Source of the DNA: the human T2T-CHM13v2.0 reference genome, Homo sapiens
DNA: 64,000 nucleotides
Strand: one strand, 5' to 3'
Assembly: GCF_009914755.1 (NCBI RefSeq)
Contig: NC_060947.1
Part shown: positions 44,946-57,425 of the stretch, piece after piece
How positions within the stretch are numbered: position 1 is the first letter of the stretch
Layout: each line of letters begins with the position of its first letter
Position numbers and translations under genes: made by a program
Notes under the pieces: generated by a model
Told to the model about the DNA's origin: nothing
The model's database searches: none
What the model saw: only the letters and a program-made list of their open reading frames with translations

Positions 44946-45178
44946 TAGGGGTCAGCAAACTACAGTCCACAGGCCAAATCCAGCTCAATGCCTGTTTTTG
45001 TAAATAAAGCTTTATTGGAACAAAACCACACCCCTTCATTGACATATCCTTTATGACTGCTTTTTCTCTATAGCCACAGAATTGAGGAGTAGTTCAGTAG
45101 TTGCCATAGGGATAGTATGGGCTGCAAACTTTAAGTATTCACGATTTGACCCTTTATAGAAAAAAATGCTGAGCCCTG
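44946..45178 (+). mobile_element. MER58A hAT MITE
   Basis: TIRs taggggtcagcaaact / aatgctgagccctg; gtaaataaagctttattggaac core. Confidence 0.85.
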
Positions 45179-45220
45179 TGACTTGCATTGGCTGCCAATC
45201 CTGGTTGCACTTCAGAATTG

Positions 45221-45253
<33 letters not shown>

Positions 45254-45496
45254 AAAGAAAAGAAAAGTACAGGCTGCTGAGCCATGCTCTTGTGCTCTTG
45301 ATTTTCTCATCCCTCATCTTTCAGGATGGGATCCAGGAATCCTCATTTGCAGAAAAGATGGTTTAAATGCTCAGTCATGTTAAGAATCACTGCATTACAT
45401 CCTGCTCTCTCTAAAAGCACATTGCCTTGAAAACACATCTCAGGTGGTAAGTGCCTTTCTATATGGGCTATGAGACTGGAAGCAGCTCCCCAGGGC

Positions 45497-45666
45497 AGTG
45501 CTTCACACACTTCCACTAGTATCAAAATCCCCTGGGGTGACTGCTAGTCCCACCCCAAAGATTCTGATCAGCAGGTCTCGGGGGAGGCAGGAGAACTGAC
45601 AGTTCTAACAAGCTCGCAGGTGATGCAGATGCTGCAGATTCCTGGACCACACTTTGCATAGCACTG
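45497..45666. mobile_element. MER5-family MITE
   Basis: ccccaaagattctgat...ttctaacaagctcgcaggtgatgcagatgctgc...gaccacactttgcatagcactg. Confidence 0.75.
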
Positions 45667-45888
45667 ACCAAGACCAAAGGCTTGCATCTCTAGTGAGAGA
45701 AAGTCAGGTCCATGGGATGGGGTTGAGGATATATGTATGGACCAACTGCTAGGATTCTCCTAGATCACACTGTAAAGACTCCCAGTGCTCTGTTCAAATA
45801 ATCATTGCTCTTCTCTTCCTCACCCCATCTATAAGACTTGAAATCAAGCAAACCTTGTTCTGGGTTTCCACTTCTATATAGGCTTTCT

Positions 45889-45894
45889 TTTATT
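45889..45894 (-). terminator. MID1: Distal polyadenylation signal AATAAA
   Basis: tttatt on +; followed on the minus strand by a GU/U-rich element (ggtttgcttgatttc). Confidence 0.75.
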
Positions 45895-46135
45895 GTGTTT
45901 TAAAAATTCCCTGGAGAATATTTTGAGTGTTGCAAAAGAATTGTATTTTGAATAGGGAAAGGCAAATAGTGGATGAGAGACAGTAAAAGAAAATGAATTA
46001 TATGTCATAAAGTAGTATGAATAAATGGTAGATGTTGAATAAATATTTGTCAACATCATAACTGCAAAAACACAAAATGATGAAAAGGCAACAGAGACAG
46101 GCAGAGACAGAGGGTCTTGGTGCCACAAAAATGAT

Positions 46136-46141
46136 TTTATT
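46136..46141 (-). terminator. MID1: Alternative polyadenylation signal AATAAA
   Basis: tttatt on +; followed on the minus strand by GU-rich ctctgtctctgcctgtctctgttgcctttt. Confidence 0.6.
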
Positions 46142-46513
46142 TTGAACCAGAAAGGAACAGCAATCAAGACAATAGTCAGGGCCGAGGGCTTGGCAGTGTG
46201 ACTTAAGTACCGGGGATTGAATTTGTCCAGGTGCAAGGAGTGACATAAAGAGAATCAATTTTTCATGTCCAAGCCAAGCTGATACAGATGATGATACTTA
46301 TCAGTGATTCCCATTTACACAGGCTTGGATTGCTTTTCAGATATCAGATTTTTGGAACTATTTTATAAATATTTTTAAAGGTGATGGAGCCACTGGAGTG
46401 TAGGTGAATTGGTGCCCCTCCCCTTTTCTTTTTGGGTGTATCAAGCATATAATCAATGACAGGAAAAGTGAAAGGTTTTTATGAGAGTTTTGCATTAAAA
46501 GAAAACCAACGAT

Positions 46514-46727
46514 CAAGTTTCTACACTGCAGCACTGTTGATATTTGAGCAAGACAACTCTTCGTGGTCGGGGGCTGCGCTTGCACTGTAGGATGTTTAAC
46601 GGCGTCCATGACCTCTACGCACTAGATGCTGGTAGCTTCCCTTCCCCGGCTGCGACAACCAAAAGTTGCCATTGCATTGCCAAATGTCTCCTGGGGGGCA
46701 AAATCGAGCACTGGTTGAGAAGCGCTG
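46514..46727 (+). mobile_element. MER20 within the MID1 3'UTR
   Basis: tgcactgtaggatgtttaac...ctctacgcactagatgct...gacaaccaaaa...ggttgagaagcgctg. Confidence 0.85.
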
Positions 46728-47211
46728 TTTTCAAAAACATCCTCCTGCCCCCATCATTGTCTTGGTGTGCTTTTTACCATTTTATTAAGATAGACCAGAT
46801 GGTCAACTTCCCAACACCAAATGCACATGTATGCCAGCATATATGCGTGTCTCTTTGCAGGTATCTGCATGTTCCTGGAGCTGAGATGGAATTCCACGGT
46901 CACTGGAGGACGTTAGTTCAGTTCCTCAGCAAGTTTAAGGTCAATATATCAGTACCGTAATAAAAAAGCCTGTCTGTATTCAAGCTGTTTCTTTTCCTCC
47001 AGCAGAAACCATCGTCAATATTTGCAGTCAGTTTTTGAAGTCACTTTCTTTTAAAGCTGGAAAGAATCTTCACCCAGGCCCACCCTCATCTTAATCCACT
47101 ATTTAGAGTCCTACTTGAATGATATCGCCAGCAACTTTCAACTTTGGATCCAGATTTCTTTATTTGTATCCACCAGGAAGAGAGGTACCACGTTTCTGAG
47201 TTCTTTTATGA

Positions 47212-47372
47212 GCACTCGCTATGTAATTTGCAAGGCCCAGTGCGAAGTGAAAACGCAGGCCCCTTGTTCAAAAATTGTTAAGAATTTCAAGACATCAACA
47301 GCAGAGCATTAAATCAGGCTTAGGGCCCTTCTGAACTCCTGGGCTCTGGGCATACCCATGACACCAGACCTG
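47212..47372 (-). mobile_element. MER45A-like hAT-Tip100 MITE in the MID1 3'UTR
   Basis: taatttgcaaggcccagtgcgaagtgaaaa...ccccttgttcaaaaattgttaagaatttcaagac...cagcagagcattaaa. Confidence 0.75.
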
Positions 47373-48958
47373 GCAGTCTTGGTTGGTGCTGCATTGATTT
47401 TGTTGTATTAATTTAATTGGCACTGCCATCTCTTTTGCCCCTGTATCGCAGTGTTTCCTGTGGTGAGGACCCCAAATAATAAAATACTGTGACCTCAATC
47501 AGTTTAAAGAGAATGCAAAATTACACTGCAGCAAATTTTTACAGCATACATTTTTTAGACTTTCAAAAAAAAAATTCACACGGGAATCTTTTCTACATCA
47601 TTATAGTAATTAAACACGGTGGCCTTTCACCATATACATATTTTCCTGTAAATATGACAACCTGGAACTAGTAACTGCTACTATCCACAATGCTTTTAAG
47701 TTAGCCAAGAGTGAGACTTCCACAACAAAATTATGACATAATCTCTCATGTCCTTATAAAAATAGCCAAACATACCCTAAATGGCTTACTGTGAAAATTT
47801 GAGTAGTAACTTCTTAATATTGAAAAACATTATTTTCATGGAAATATTGTCCTTCTACTAAGTGTTTTATGTTAACATCATAAGGCAAACTGTAGCATTT
47901 ATTGGTACCTGGAGACCGTGATTTTAAAAACTCAGAAGCTGAGTTTTAGACCCTTTTATTTAGAACCTGTTAGTGTACAAAGTGCATTAAAATATCCATT
48001 ATCCAGTTACCCAAAATGTATGTAAAAATTACTGAGACAACCCTTTCAGTTTACTCAGAGAAGGCAAACACACATTGCTTTTATATTGTAATAAAAAGAA
48101 AAACCTATAAGGTTTCCAGAGAAAGATTGTTTTTTTTCCATTGAGGCGTCCATCTTTTAGATGTGAAATTGTCTTAGGTATCTATCAAAATATTCATCTG
48201 GGTATAAATAATATAGTAAATATATAGAATCTATCTGTTAAGAAAAAGGAGAGTGTCTGCTAGGGAAGAGGATGGAAGGACCCAGGAAGCTGGCTTGGCC
48301 TCCCTTGAAATCCAGATTTGCAATCACATGACCTTTGGCCACGTGATGCTGAAACAATGAGTTCATTGACTTATTTCAGGGAGGCAGTTGGTTGATTTGG
48401 TTAAAAACAAAATAACTAAAAACAATGTCTAAATCCACTAGTCTGCTCAGTCAAAATGGCTGACCCAGTATCCCAGGTAAATATTTTAGCAATTGAAACC
48501 ATTTATAGAGGTCATGCCCTTCATCAAACTAGAACCAATGCCAGAGTTCTGGGCCAAGAACTGCTCAAGAAAGCCTTAATTCATGGACCATTCCAACGCA
48601 TCAGATTGGCATGCAAAGAATCCCAGCTGACATTTTATAAGCAGGTTCCTGAATAACGAGTTTGAATTTTTTTTTTTTTTTTTTGGTCTTACAACTCTAT
48701 TGTAAACTATACTAGACTATAGAGGGACTTCTACATCTTTCAAGATGTGTTTAATAAAGGTCTGTTTATAATAACTTTTGAGGCATGAATCTAGCAAATA
48801 GTACTTTATACAATGTCCCTTGTCATTACCAACTCATAAATATTAAGTGTTTTTCAGTGACTTATGTTTGGATGTGGTAGTGCTGATCAGGGCCATGTGC
48901 TGATGTCCTGGAGAGCAAAATCAATCCAAAGTGGTGCTGCTATTTGTGACAGAACATG

Positions 48959-48964
48959 TTTATT
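48959..48964 (-). terminator. MID1: Proximal polyadenylation signal AATAAA (other candidates: ATTAAA 48750-48755, AATAAA 47955-47960 and 47898-47903)
   Basis: Hexamers read directly; MID1 is known to use alternative polyadenylation, but usage of each site cannot be shown from sequence. Confidence 0.55.
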
Positions 48965-49926
48965 TACTCAGCCCCGGAGACAAAAGGAAAATTGATATGG
49001 GGGAGCGGGAAATAGGAGAACTATTAAATGTAGTGAAGAAATTTCACAGGTCTAAAGGAACTATTAAAAGGAAGGATAAAGTAGATTCTATACTATAAAA
49101 CAGAATCCTACCTCTGATAAAAGACAAATCAGCCTGAATTTTTGAATAATCAATAGGATTCAAAATGACTATTTTCAATTGCAATCTCATTCTTAATGTT
49201 CTTCCAGAACCCTTAACCCTGAGAGAAGCAGGGCAAAATGTGGCCAAAGGATTCAGAACCTTTCTTTCCAACATTATCCCATCAGCTATGAGAAGGTAAA
49301 GATTTAGCCACGGCAAGGTCCGAGGTCCAAAATCAACTCTTTTCATTCTCTGTCTTGCTCTCCATTTTAGTTGATCTGATACAACTTTTTGACATCACAA
49401 TTAAAACACTTCAAATTAAACCAGAGTAAGAAAGCCTGTTTCCTCCCCTACTAGGTTCAAACACATCCTGTTATGCACCATCGAGGTGAGAAGACCTACC
49501 ATGGGATCATCATGGGATATCAGGTAAGAAGATGAGTAACATACAAAACTACAAAAGTTTTTGTTTTTTTGTAAGCCCACAGATTGTGATGAAATGAAGG
49601 TTGTAAATAGCTGATAAACTTATGGGCCTCTTAATGTGCAAAACCAAGTAATTCCTAAAAGTTGTAATCCTGATTATGTTTCTCTTATAAATAATCTATA
49701 GATTTTCCTCTAAATACAAAAAAATTAAAGAAATTATTAAAGCCCGTACTTAATACAAGACACAGTAAAAGGAGAGGAATCTCTTGTTTTGAGCCCTATC
49801 TGAGCCGATTTCGGGACACTTCTGGTGAGATTTCATTACACTCATGAAGCCTGTGCTTTCTCAGTCCCCTAAATAGTGGCCTGAACCTTACTGTTCCCCA
49901 GAAAGCAGCTCCATGTGGCCAGACGC

Positions 49927-50349
<423 letters not shown>

Positions 50350-50607
50350 TCAGGGGTTATAAAAACATGATCATTTGTTGTCCCTGTTCATTTTCTTTAA
50401 GTGAAAGCTTGGCAAGAACCCCAACATCTGTGTTCCTCATCTCCTTCCCTCCCAAACATGGAAAGTGGGTGGAAAGTAGTGGGTGGAAAGAAGCGTCGTA
50501 TTTACCCACATTTCTGTTTTCAGCTCAAACACTACGGAGAATTTGAACTTTGAGTTTTGCTGCTTTTTTTCACTCTTATAAAAATCTACACAATGAATTC
50601 GCTAGAC

Positions 50608-50812
50608 CAGTGCTGACCAAAAGAACTTTCTTCAATGACTGAAATGTTCTGCTCTCCTCGATATGGTAACCACAAGCCACATATGGCTACTGGGCACTTT
50701 AGCTGCGGCTGGTGAGACTGAGGAACTGAACTTTAAATTTATTTAATTTTCATTAAGTTAAATGATTTAAATAGCTGCCTGTGGCTCATAGCTACCATAC
50801 TGGACAGCACAA
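50608..50812 (+). mobile_element. MER3 hAT MITE
   Basis: cagtgctgaccaaaagaactttc...gctaccatactggacagcac; ctagac flanks on both sides. Confidence 0.8.
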
Positions 50813-52117
50813 CCCTAGACTTCTCCTTTTGACCTTCTTATAATTTTTCATTTAACACCATGTCTGTCATTTTCTGATTCTGAATGCACTTTGCCAAGGG
50901 CAAGCACAGAAGATGATTCCCATTTGCAGGGATAAATCCTTTGTCATTACTCAGCCCCAATTTTCTCATGTATATTGAGAAATATACAGTGTTATTTTAA
51001 GGAGTAAAGGAGAGAATACATGTTAAGTCCCAGGCACAGGACCTGGCATGTAATATTCAGTAACTGCTATTTATTTTATTATTATTGCCTGATGGCACAT
51101 ATTAACAATAAGTACCAGAATCAGAATTTGAACTCAGGATGACTCAAAACCCACAAACACGAACTACATTCTACAATGCCATCCGTAACCAGAAATTGTG
51201 CAGTTCATCACTGCCAAGAGCCTTTCTGATTATACTGGAAAAAAAATTCTGAACGTGTTTGAGCAGACGGATCTTCTGGTTATTCTAAATGTTCTCTTGC
51301 TGCTCAAAAAAATCCAAAGAATGCTTTCTACAATGTTCTAAGCATCTTAATCTCTTTTTACCCCTCTGAGTCATGCCTCTGTAATATTCATCGTATTTCA
51401 GTTATTAAGATAAACAAAACCCATCACTCTTTATAAAGAGTAAATGACTCACAGTTGAACTTTTAATATGTTATAGCAGAAACCAGTCTAATTGGATATT
51501 AACATATGGTACCTTACCCAATGCAGAGAGAAAAATTTCATGGGTCTTTAATAAAATGACATTCTTTAAAAAAAATCACACTGGACTTAAAATACAATCA
51601 CTTTAAGAGTGGTGTGTTTGTTTAAAAAGAAAATTAACACAACATGCCATCACTAAATCCAAAAGAAGGATGGAATTGATAATCTGCCAAGCCCAGTGTG
51701 CAGGCCTGTCTGTCATCAATGTTGCATCCTCTCTTCCCTCCCGTCCATCCTCTCCTGCTTATGAGGAGAATCCAAGTTGCATTTCCCAGAATCCCCTTTC
51801 CTGTAGGAGTCTGGGTCAGGCTCTGCTATTGTGATGCCTTTGCACAAGATCCAGAAGTGCTTAGAGGAGGGGAAACACGCTTTCCTGATGGCAGACAGTA
51901 GACGTGCGGTTGGTGGAAGCTTCTAGATGAGCGCCTGAGTACACCTGCCTTGTGCTGTGGGCAACTTTGCAGCAGCTACAGCTCATCATGACTCCATGAA
52001 CTAGAGCAGCAGACTCCCTGACTTCATGCCCCAGCCCTTCCAGGGTCCTGTAAGCTTCTGGCTCCCTTCTGTGGCATGCATCGAGGGTCTCAAATGTCAT
52101 CTGTTTATTTGATACAC

Positions 52118-52477
52118 TGATATGGTTTGGCTGTGTCCCCACCCAAATCTCATCTTGAATTCCCACATGTTGTGGGAGGGACCCGGTGGAAGGAAATTGA
52201 ATCATGGGGGCAGGTCCTTTCAGTGTTGTTCTCGTGATAGTGAATAAGTCTCATGAGATCTGATGGTTTTAAAACGGGGGAGTTTCCCTGCACAAGCTCT
52301 CTTTTTGCCTGCTGCCATCCATGTAAGACGGGACTTGTTCCTCCTTGCCTTCTGCCATGATTGTGGGCTTTCCCAGCCACATAGAACTGTAAGTAAGTAA
52401 GTCCATTATAAACCTCTTTTGCAAATTGCCTGGTCTTGGTTATGTCTTTACCAGCAGCATGAAAACAGACTAATACA
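52118..52477 (+). mobile_element. THE1 (THE1B-like) solo LTR in the last MID1 intron, antisense to MID1
   Basis: tgatatggtttggctgtgtccccacccaaatctcatcttgaattccca...cagactaataca; TSD tacac/tacat. Confidence 0.92.
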
Positions 52478-54116
52478 TACATTTTGGAAAGGTTTTCATT
52501 TTGCAATTGTCAGTATCTCCCACCCCCCAAAAATGTTCTGTATACCCCAGTGAATACTATTTCCGCTTTTCAGACAATTTGGAACCTGCATCACAAAATC
52601 ACCACATCTGTATTGTTTCCTTCTTGTTGTGGCACAGCATTTTTATTTTTTATTACTTTGATGTTTATTTCCCATTTGAACCTTAACTGAACCCTATGAA
52701 ATAGCTGTGGCAGGTATGGCTGACTACATGTAGCAAGTAGAAACAGAAGATTAAAATTGGGAGCAAAATCCAGAGTTGTATGCTGCCCCCACCCCTTCTG
52801 GTCTAATAATCTTTGCATGAACCCGTTATTACTCATTTAGTTAACACCATTTCATAAAACACCAAGTGCACATTAGCATTAGAGAGTAAGAAAATACTAA
52901 GTGTATAGTCCATTAAGCAAAGGAAAATACCATTATAGTATCATTAATCTGTGAAACTAGGTACATATTTCCATTGAGCTTGAAATGTGCAGGCAGAATG
53001 TAATGTTCCATTAAGTTACGCAGTGAGACACGGAGAATTCAAAGTATAAAAATTATGTCTCTCGGAGCAATGTTAACGTGCCCCATTGCACAGATCATAA
53101 TGTACACATCAATTTAAAGTCAGGACTATATTTCATAAGCAAATATGTCATTAGCTGTTGCAAGTCAAGATGTCACAGGCATTTAATCGTAGGGGGTGCC
53201 CCTTCCTTGCTAATACCCCCCAAGGAAATGTAAAGTGACTTTCTACATGAAGATTTTTCTGAAATTGACACCGTCAGGTTTGTAAAGATTAATTGTGTAG
53301 CAATTAATTTTAGAATTTCTTTTCCCCCTCATGAGTTAGTTTTGACATCTGGAGGGTGTTTTCAAGGTAATGCTGATGTGTGTTTATATAACTGAAGTGG
53401 TCTGATGGAATTTTGCAAACTATTCATCAATGGCAATGAGATCATAATGATCAGGTTTCATTTATCATAATTAATTATTAATAGAGTAATAATCATTTAG
53501 ACCCTGGATTCTATCCCAGATTAATACAGCACATTAATTAACTAGAAACATTTGCTTTTTTTGTACCTGCATCCATTGTGTTTTCCTTTGTGCTTTAATT
53601 TTGCCCCACTGCAGCTAAAAATTGCAAATGCCAATCTAGCCCAGAGCCTAGTGGGGTGAAGGATTTGTCCTCCATCCTCTGGCAGGATGTTGGAACAGAA
53701 AACTCTTCTAGGCAAAGAGAATTATGAGGATAGCAACAAAGGAAAACCTACTCGCTCAGCCAATATAGTATGTACCATTATTGGGAGAGATGGGAAGCTT
53801 ACAATTCACTTCTTAGATTTTTGGCTAATTTCTACCTACAATATAAAGGACTCAGCCATGTCACATTATTTGCATAGGTTTGAATTGAAAGGTTTTTTTA
53901 TATATAAATAAGTGTTTTATCATGCTTATATTGAAAGAAACACTGTTATACTCACCATCTTCAGGCTATGCAATTTTGAATGTTGATTTTATTTTTTAAA
54001 GCAAGGATTCAGCTATCACTCATTACGTACACTGTCATAAACCCTAGAGAGTAATTATAGCATTTCAAAAATATACCACCCTTTTGTGAATAGCAGCATA
54101 CCATGGTGGTTAAGAG

Positions 54117-54340
54117 CGGGGAACAGCAAACTACTACCCAGGGGCCAACTCTGGCCCTCTGCCTGTTTTTATAAATGAAGTTTTATTGGAACGCAGCCAT
54201 GTCCATTTGTGTAGGTGTTGTCTGTGGCTGCTTTCCCACTACAACAGAAGAGTCGAGTATTAGTGACAAAAATCATTTGGCATGCAAAACCAGAAATATT
54301 GAATCTCTGGCCCTTTACAGATAATGTTTGTGGACTGCTG
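54117..54340 (+). mobile_element. MER58A inserted in a MIR (MIR continues to ~54565)
   Basis: Perfect 8-bp TSD gttaagag (54109-54116, 54341-54348) splitting the MIR motif tggttaagagc. Confidence 0.85.
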
Positions 54341-54911
54341 GTTAAGAGCCTGACCCTTGACTGCAGACTTACTGACTCTGCCACCTGTGAGCTTTGTAAC
54401 CCTGTGATCTTCAGCATATACCTCAGTCACCTCATCAGTAAAGTGGATAATATTAGCACCTACCTTTGTAGGGCTGTAAGGCTGAATAAATGAGTTGACA
54501 TCTGTAAAATGCTTAGACCAGTGCCTGGCACATACTTGTACCATATGAGGGCTTGTTAAATAAAAATAAAATAGCTCCCTTTTTGATCAATAGCAAGCAG
54601 GCATTTGTGAGACAGACGGTCAAAGGGGTGCAGTTGTGGCTGTGGATTAGGCAAGGTTAACTTTGTGAGGTTAACTAATTCCAATGTAATTGTGTCCTGA
54701 CCTTTGCCCTTATTCTTAGAGAACTCAGTGGGCTAAAGTCACTGGGCTGGATCTAACAGGCCTTTTGAAATTATTCCCAGCCTATGATCACTGCTTCACC
54801 CCCACCATTCAACCCTTAGCTATTTGCACTAATTGGTCCAGTCTAGAACCATAAAACATACAAGGCAACAGAAATTAGTTTTGTGTAATGATGAAGAGTG
54901 ATGTTTAAAAG

Positions 54912-55138
54912 TAGGGAATGGCAAACTTTTTCTGGAAAGGACCAGAAAGTAAGTAAATATTTTTGGCTTCGTAGACCATATGATTCTCTCTTAACTACTC
55001 GATTCTGCTGTTGTGGCTGAAAGGCAGCCATGGACTATATGTAAAAAAATGGACCTGGCTGTATTCCCATAAAACTTTATTTACAAAACCAGGTAGCAGG
55101 CCAGGTTTGGCTCATGGGCTGTGGTTTGCCAACCCATG
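54912..55138 (-). mobile_element. MER58A hAT MITE
   Basis: tagggaatggcaaactttttctg...ataaaactttatttacaaaa...gtttgccaacccatg. Confidence 0.85.
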
Positions 55139-55427
55139 TTTCATGGCATGAAAGAGCAGTGTTAACATGGTATAGCTCATCCAATGATCAGAGCTCTATA
55201 ATCTTGAACAGAGAACCCACAGGTGTGGGTATTAGTAATATATGGTTGTTGTTTGAATCTGCTGAGTTTGGGGGTGTTTGTTATGCAGTATTATCCTAGC
55301 AAGAGCTGACTAATACAACTTTTCTGCATTTTATTCTTTAAGATGCATTACAGTATGGGTTGACTCTCTAAGTACAGAATGAGATGTGCCTTTTTATAAC
55401 TGCAGGACAATAGAAATAAGTTGCTTA

Positions 55428-55688
<261 letters not shown>

Positions 55689-56844
55689 TTATCATAACCA
55701 ATAGCATATTTTCAAAATCAGGTTTAAAAGACAGGAACAAGCCAGCCCTCCCTGAGTCATGCCTCCTATCACAAAGTGGTATCTTATATTTTAATAGTAA
55801 TTTAAACATTATAAGCAACTTTCAAAGACATTTGCTTGCAAAGTTTTCATAATATTCAAAAGACAATAGAGAGCAGCAACTCTGTGTATAGTACAGTACA
55901 CAGTAAGAGTGAAAAAGAACATGTTCCTGTCTTCATAAGCTTTCAGTCTACCAGTTCTAAGATAGGGATCCAGTGGTGGCATGCCAACTATTCAACAACA
56001 GCATGGATAAGGCTTAGCCAGAAAACATAGGGTGAGCTAGCTTCACGGATTCCAGGTGTATACAAGCAGCACAGGTACATACTGGCTGGATAGCATCCTG
56101 AAAAGGAGGAATGAATGAAGACTCCATTTTCAACCACTGCAGTGTTCTATCCAGCATAAGATGCATTCATGCTCAATAGACTTCAGACCAGAAACCAAAC
56201 AAATCAAGATCTTGGGTCTTAACATATAGAATATTCTAGAGGTTTATATTATTCTGAGATTATTAAAAATTAAAGCATTACTCTTAGGAATTTAGGATGA
56301 GAATACAATTTTCAGGCCACAAAATTAGGAAAAAATGTGATAGCAATGCCTGGGTTTTCTACTCATGAAATTATTTATATATAATAAGGCCTTCTCTATT
56401 TCATTACTCACATTTGTGTCTTAAAGATTTAAGTATTAAAAAAATCTTGGCAGAGTCACACCTGGACATTTTGTCATAGTTGTTACTTCTTCTTTGACAA
56501 TTCAATATTGGTTTGGAGTACTGCCTGTCATTCAACACTGCATTGGGTACAAGGCGTTTAAAGGCAGGAAATGCATTGCAACCTGATACAAATGCCATGG
56601 TGTCCAAACTCCACAGTCACTGTTGCAGTTGGCAGGTTCCTTCTGCCCAGTATACAGCTCTCAATCACAGGAAAAGGTCTAGTAAATTCAACTGTGGCAA
56701 TACACGATGCTGGGCGAGAAACTGACCCAGTGAGTATAGGACAGTGTGTGTTGTCACATGTGGGTAGGCCAAAGGATTTCCAGTTGCCTTTTGGATACAA
56801 ACACAACACAACACCAGCACCTCTAAAATCCTTTCTTTTTAGGT

Positions 56845-57074
56845 CACGGACCAGCATACTTTTTCTGCAAAGGGCCTGACAGTAAATATTTTTGGCTATG
56901 CAGGCCAGGCCATGTGGTCTCTTTTGTGACTATTCAACTCTTCTGCTATAGTGAGGGGGCAGCCACGGACAGGACAATAGGTAAATGAATGGGTGTGGCT
57001 ATATGCTAATAAAACTTTATTTACAAAATCAGGCAGCCAGATTTGGCCCTTGAGCTATAGTTAGCTGGCTTTTG
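56845..57074 (-). mobile_element. MER58A hAT MITE
   Basis: aatgaatgggtgtggct...aataaaactttatttacaaaa core. Confidence 0.8.
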
Positions 57075-57114
57075 TTTTAGAAATCTATTTCTGTACATAT
57101 CAAAGAAAAGCTTA

Positions 57115-57425
57115 GGCTGGGCTGGTGGCTCATGCCTGTAATGCCTGCACTTTGAGAGGCCAAGGCAGCTCGATTGCCTGAGGTCAGGAGTTCAAGACCA
57201 GCTTGGCCAACATGGTAAAACCCCATCTCTACTAAAAATACAAAAATTAGCTGGGTGTGGTGGCGGACACCTGTAATTCCAGCTACTTGGGAGGCTGAGC
57301 CACGAGTATCACTTGAACCCGGGAGGCGGAGGTTGCAATGAGCCAAGACCATGCCGCTGCGCTCCAGCCTGGGCAACAGAGTGAGGCACTGTCTCAAAAA
57401 AATAACAATAAAAAAGAAAAGAAAA
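57115..57425 (+). mobile_element. AluSx/Sz SINE, intronic and antisense to MID1
   Basis: Full Alu; TSD aaagaaaagctt. Confidence 0.92.

Larger units (their letters stand above)
45869..49926 (-). other. MID1: MID1 3'UTR, longest form (~4 kb)
   Basis: Mostly unique sequence after the TGA at 49927-49929; 3' end inferred about 20 nt past the distal AATAAA. Confidence 0.8.

Noticed and set aside
46544-46960. 138-aa plus-strand ORF in the MID1 3'UTR
   Set aside because: Starts at TTG inside MER20; no coding features
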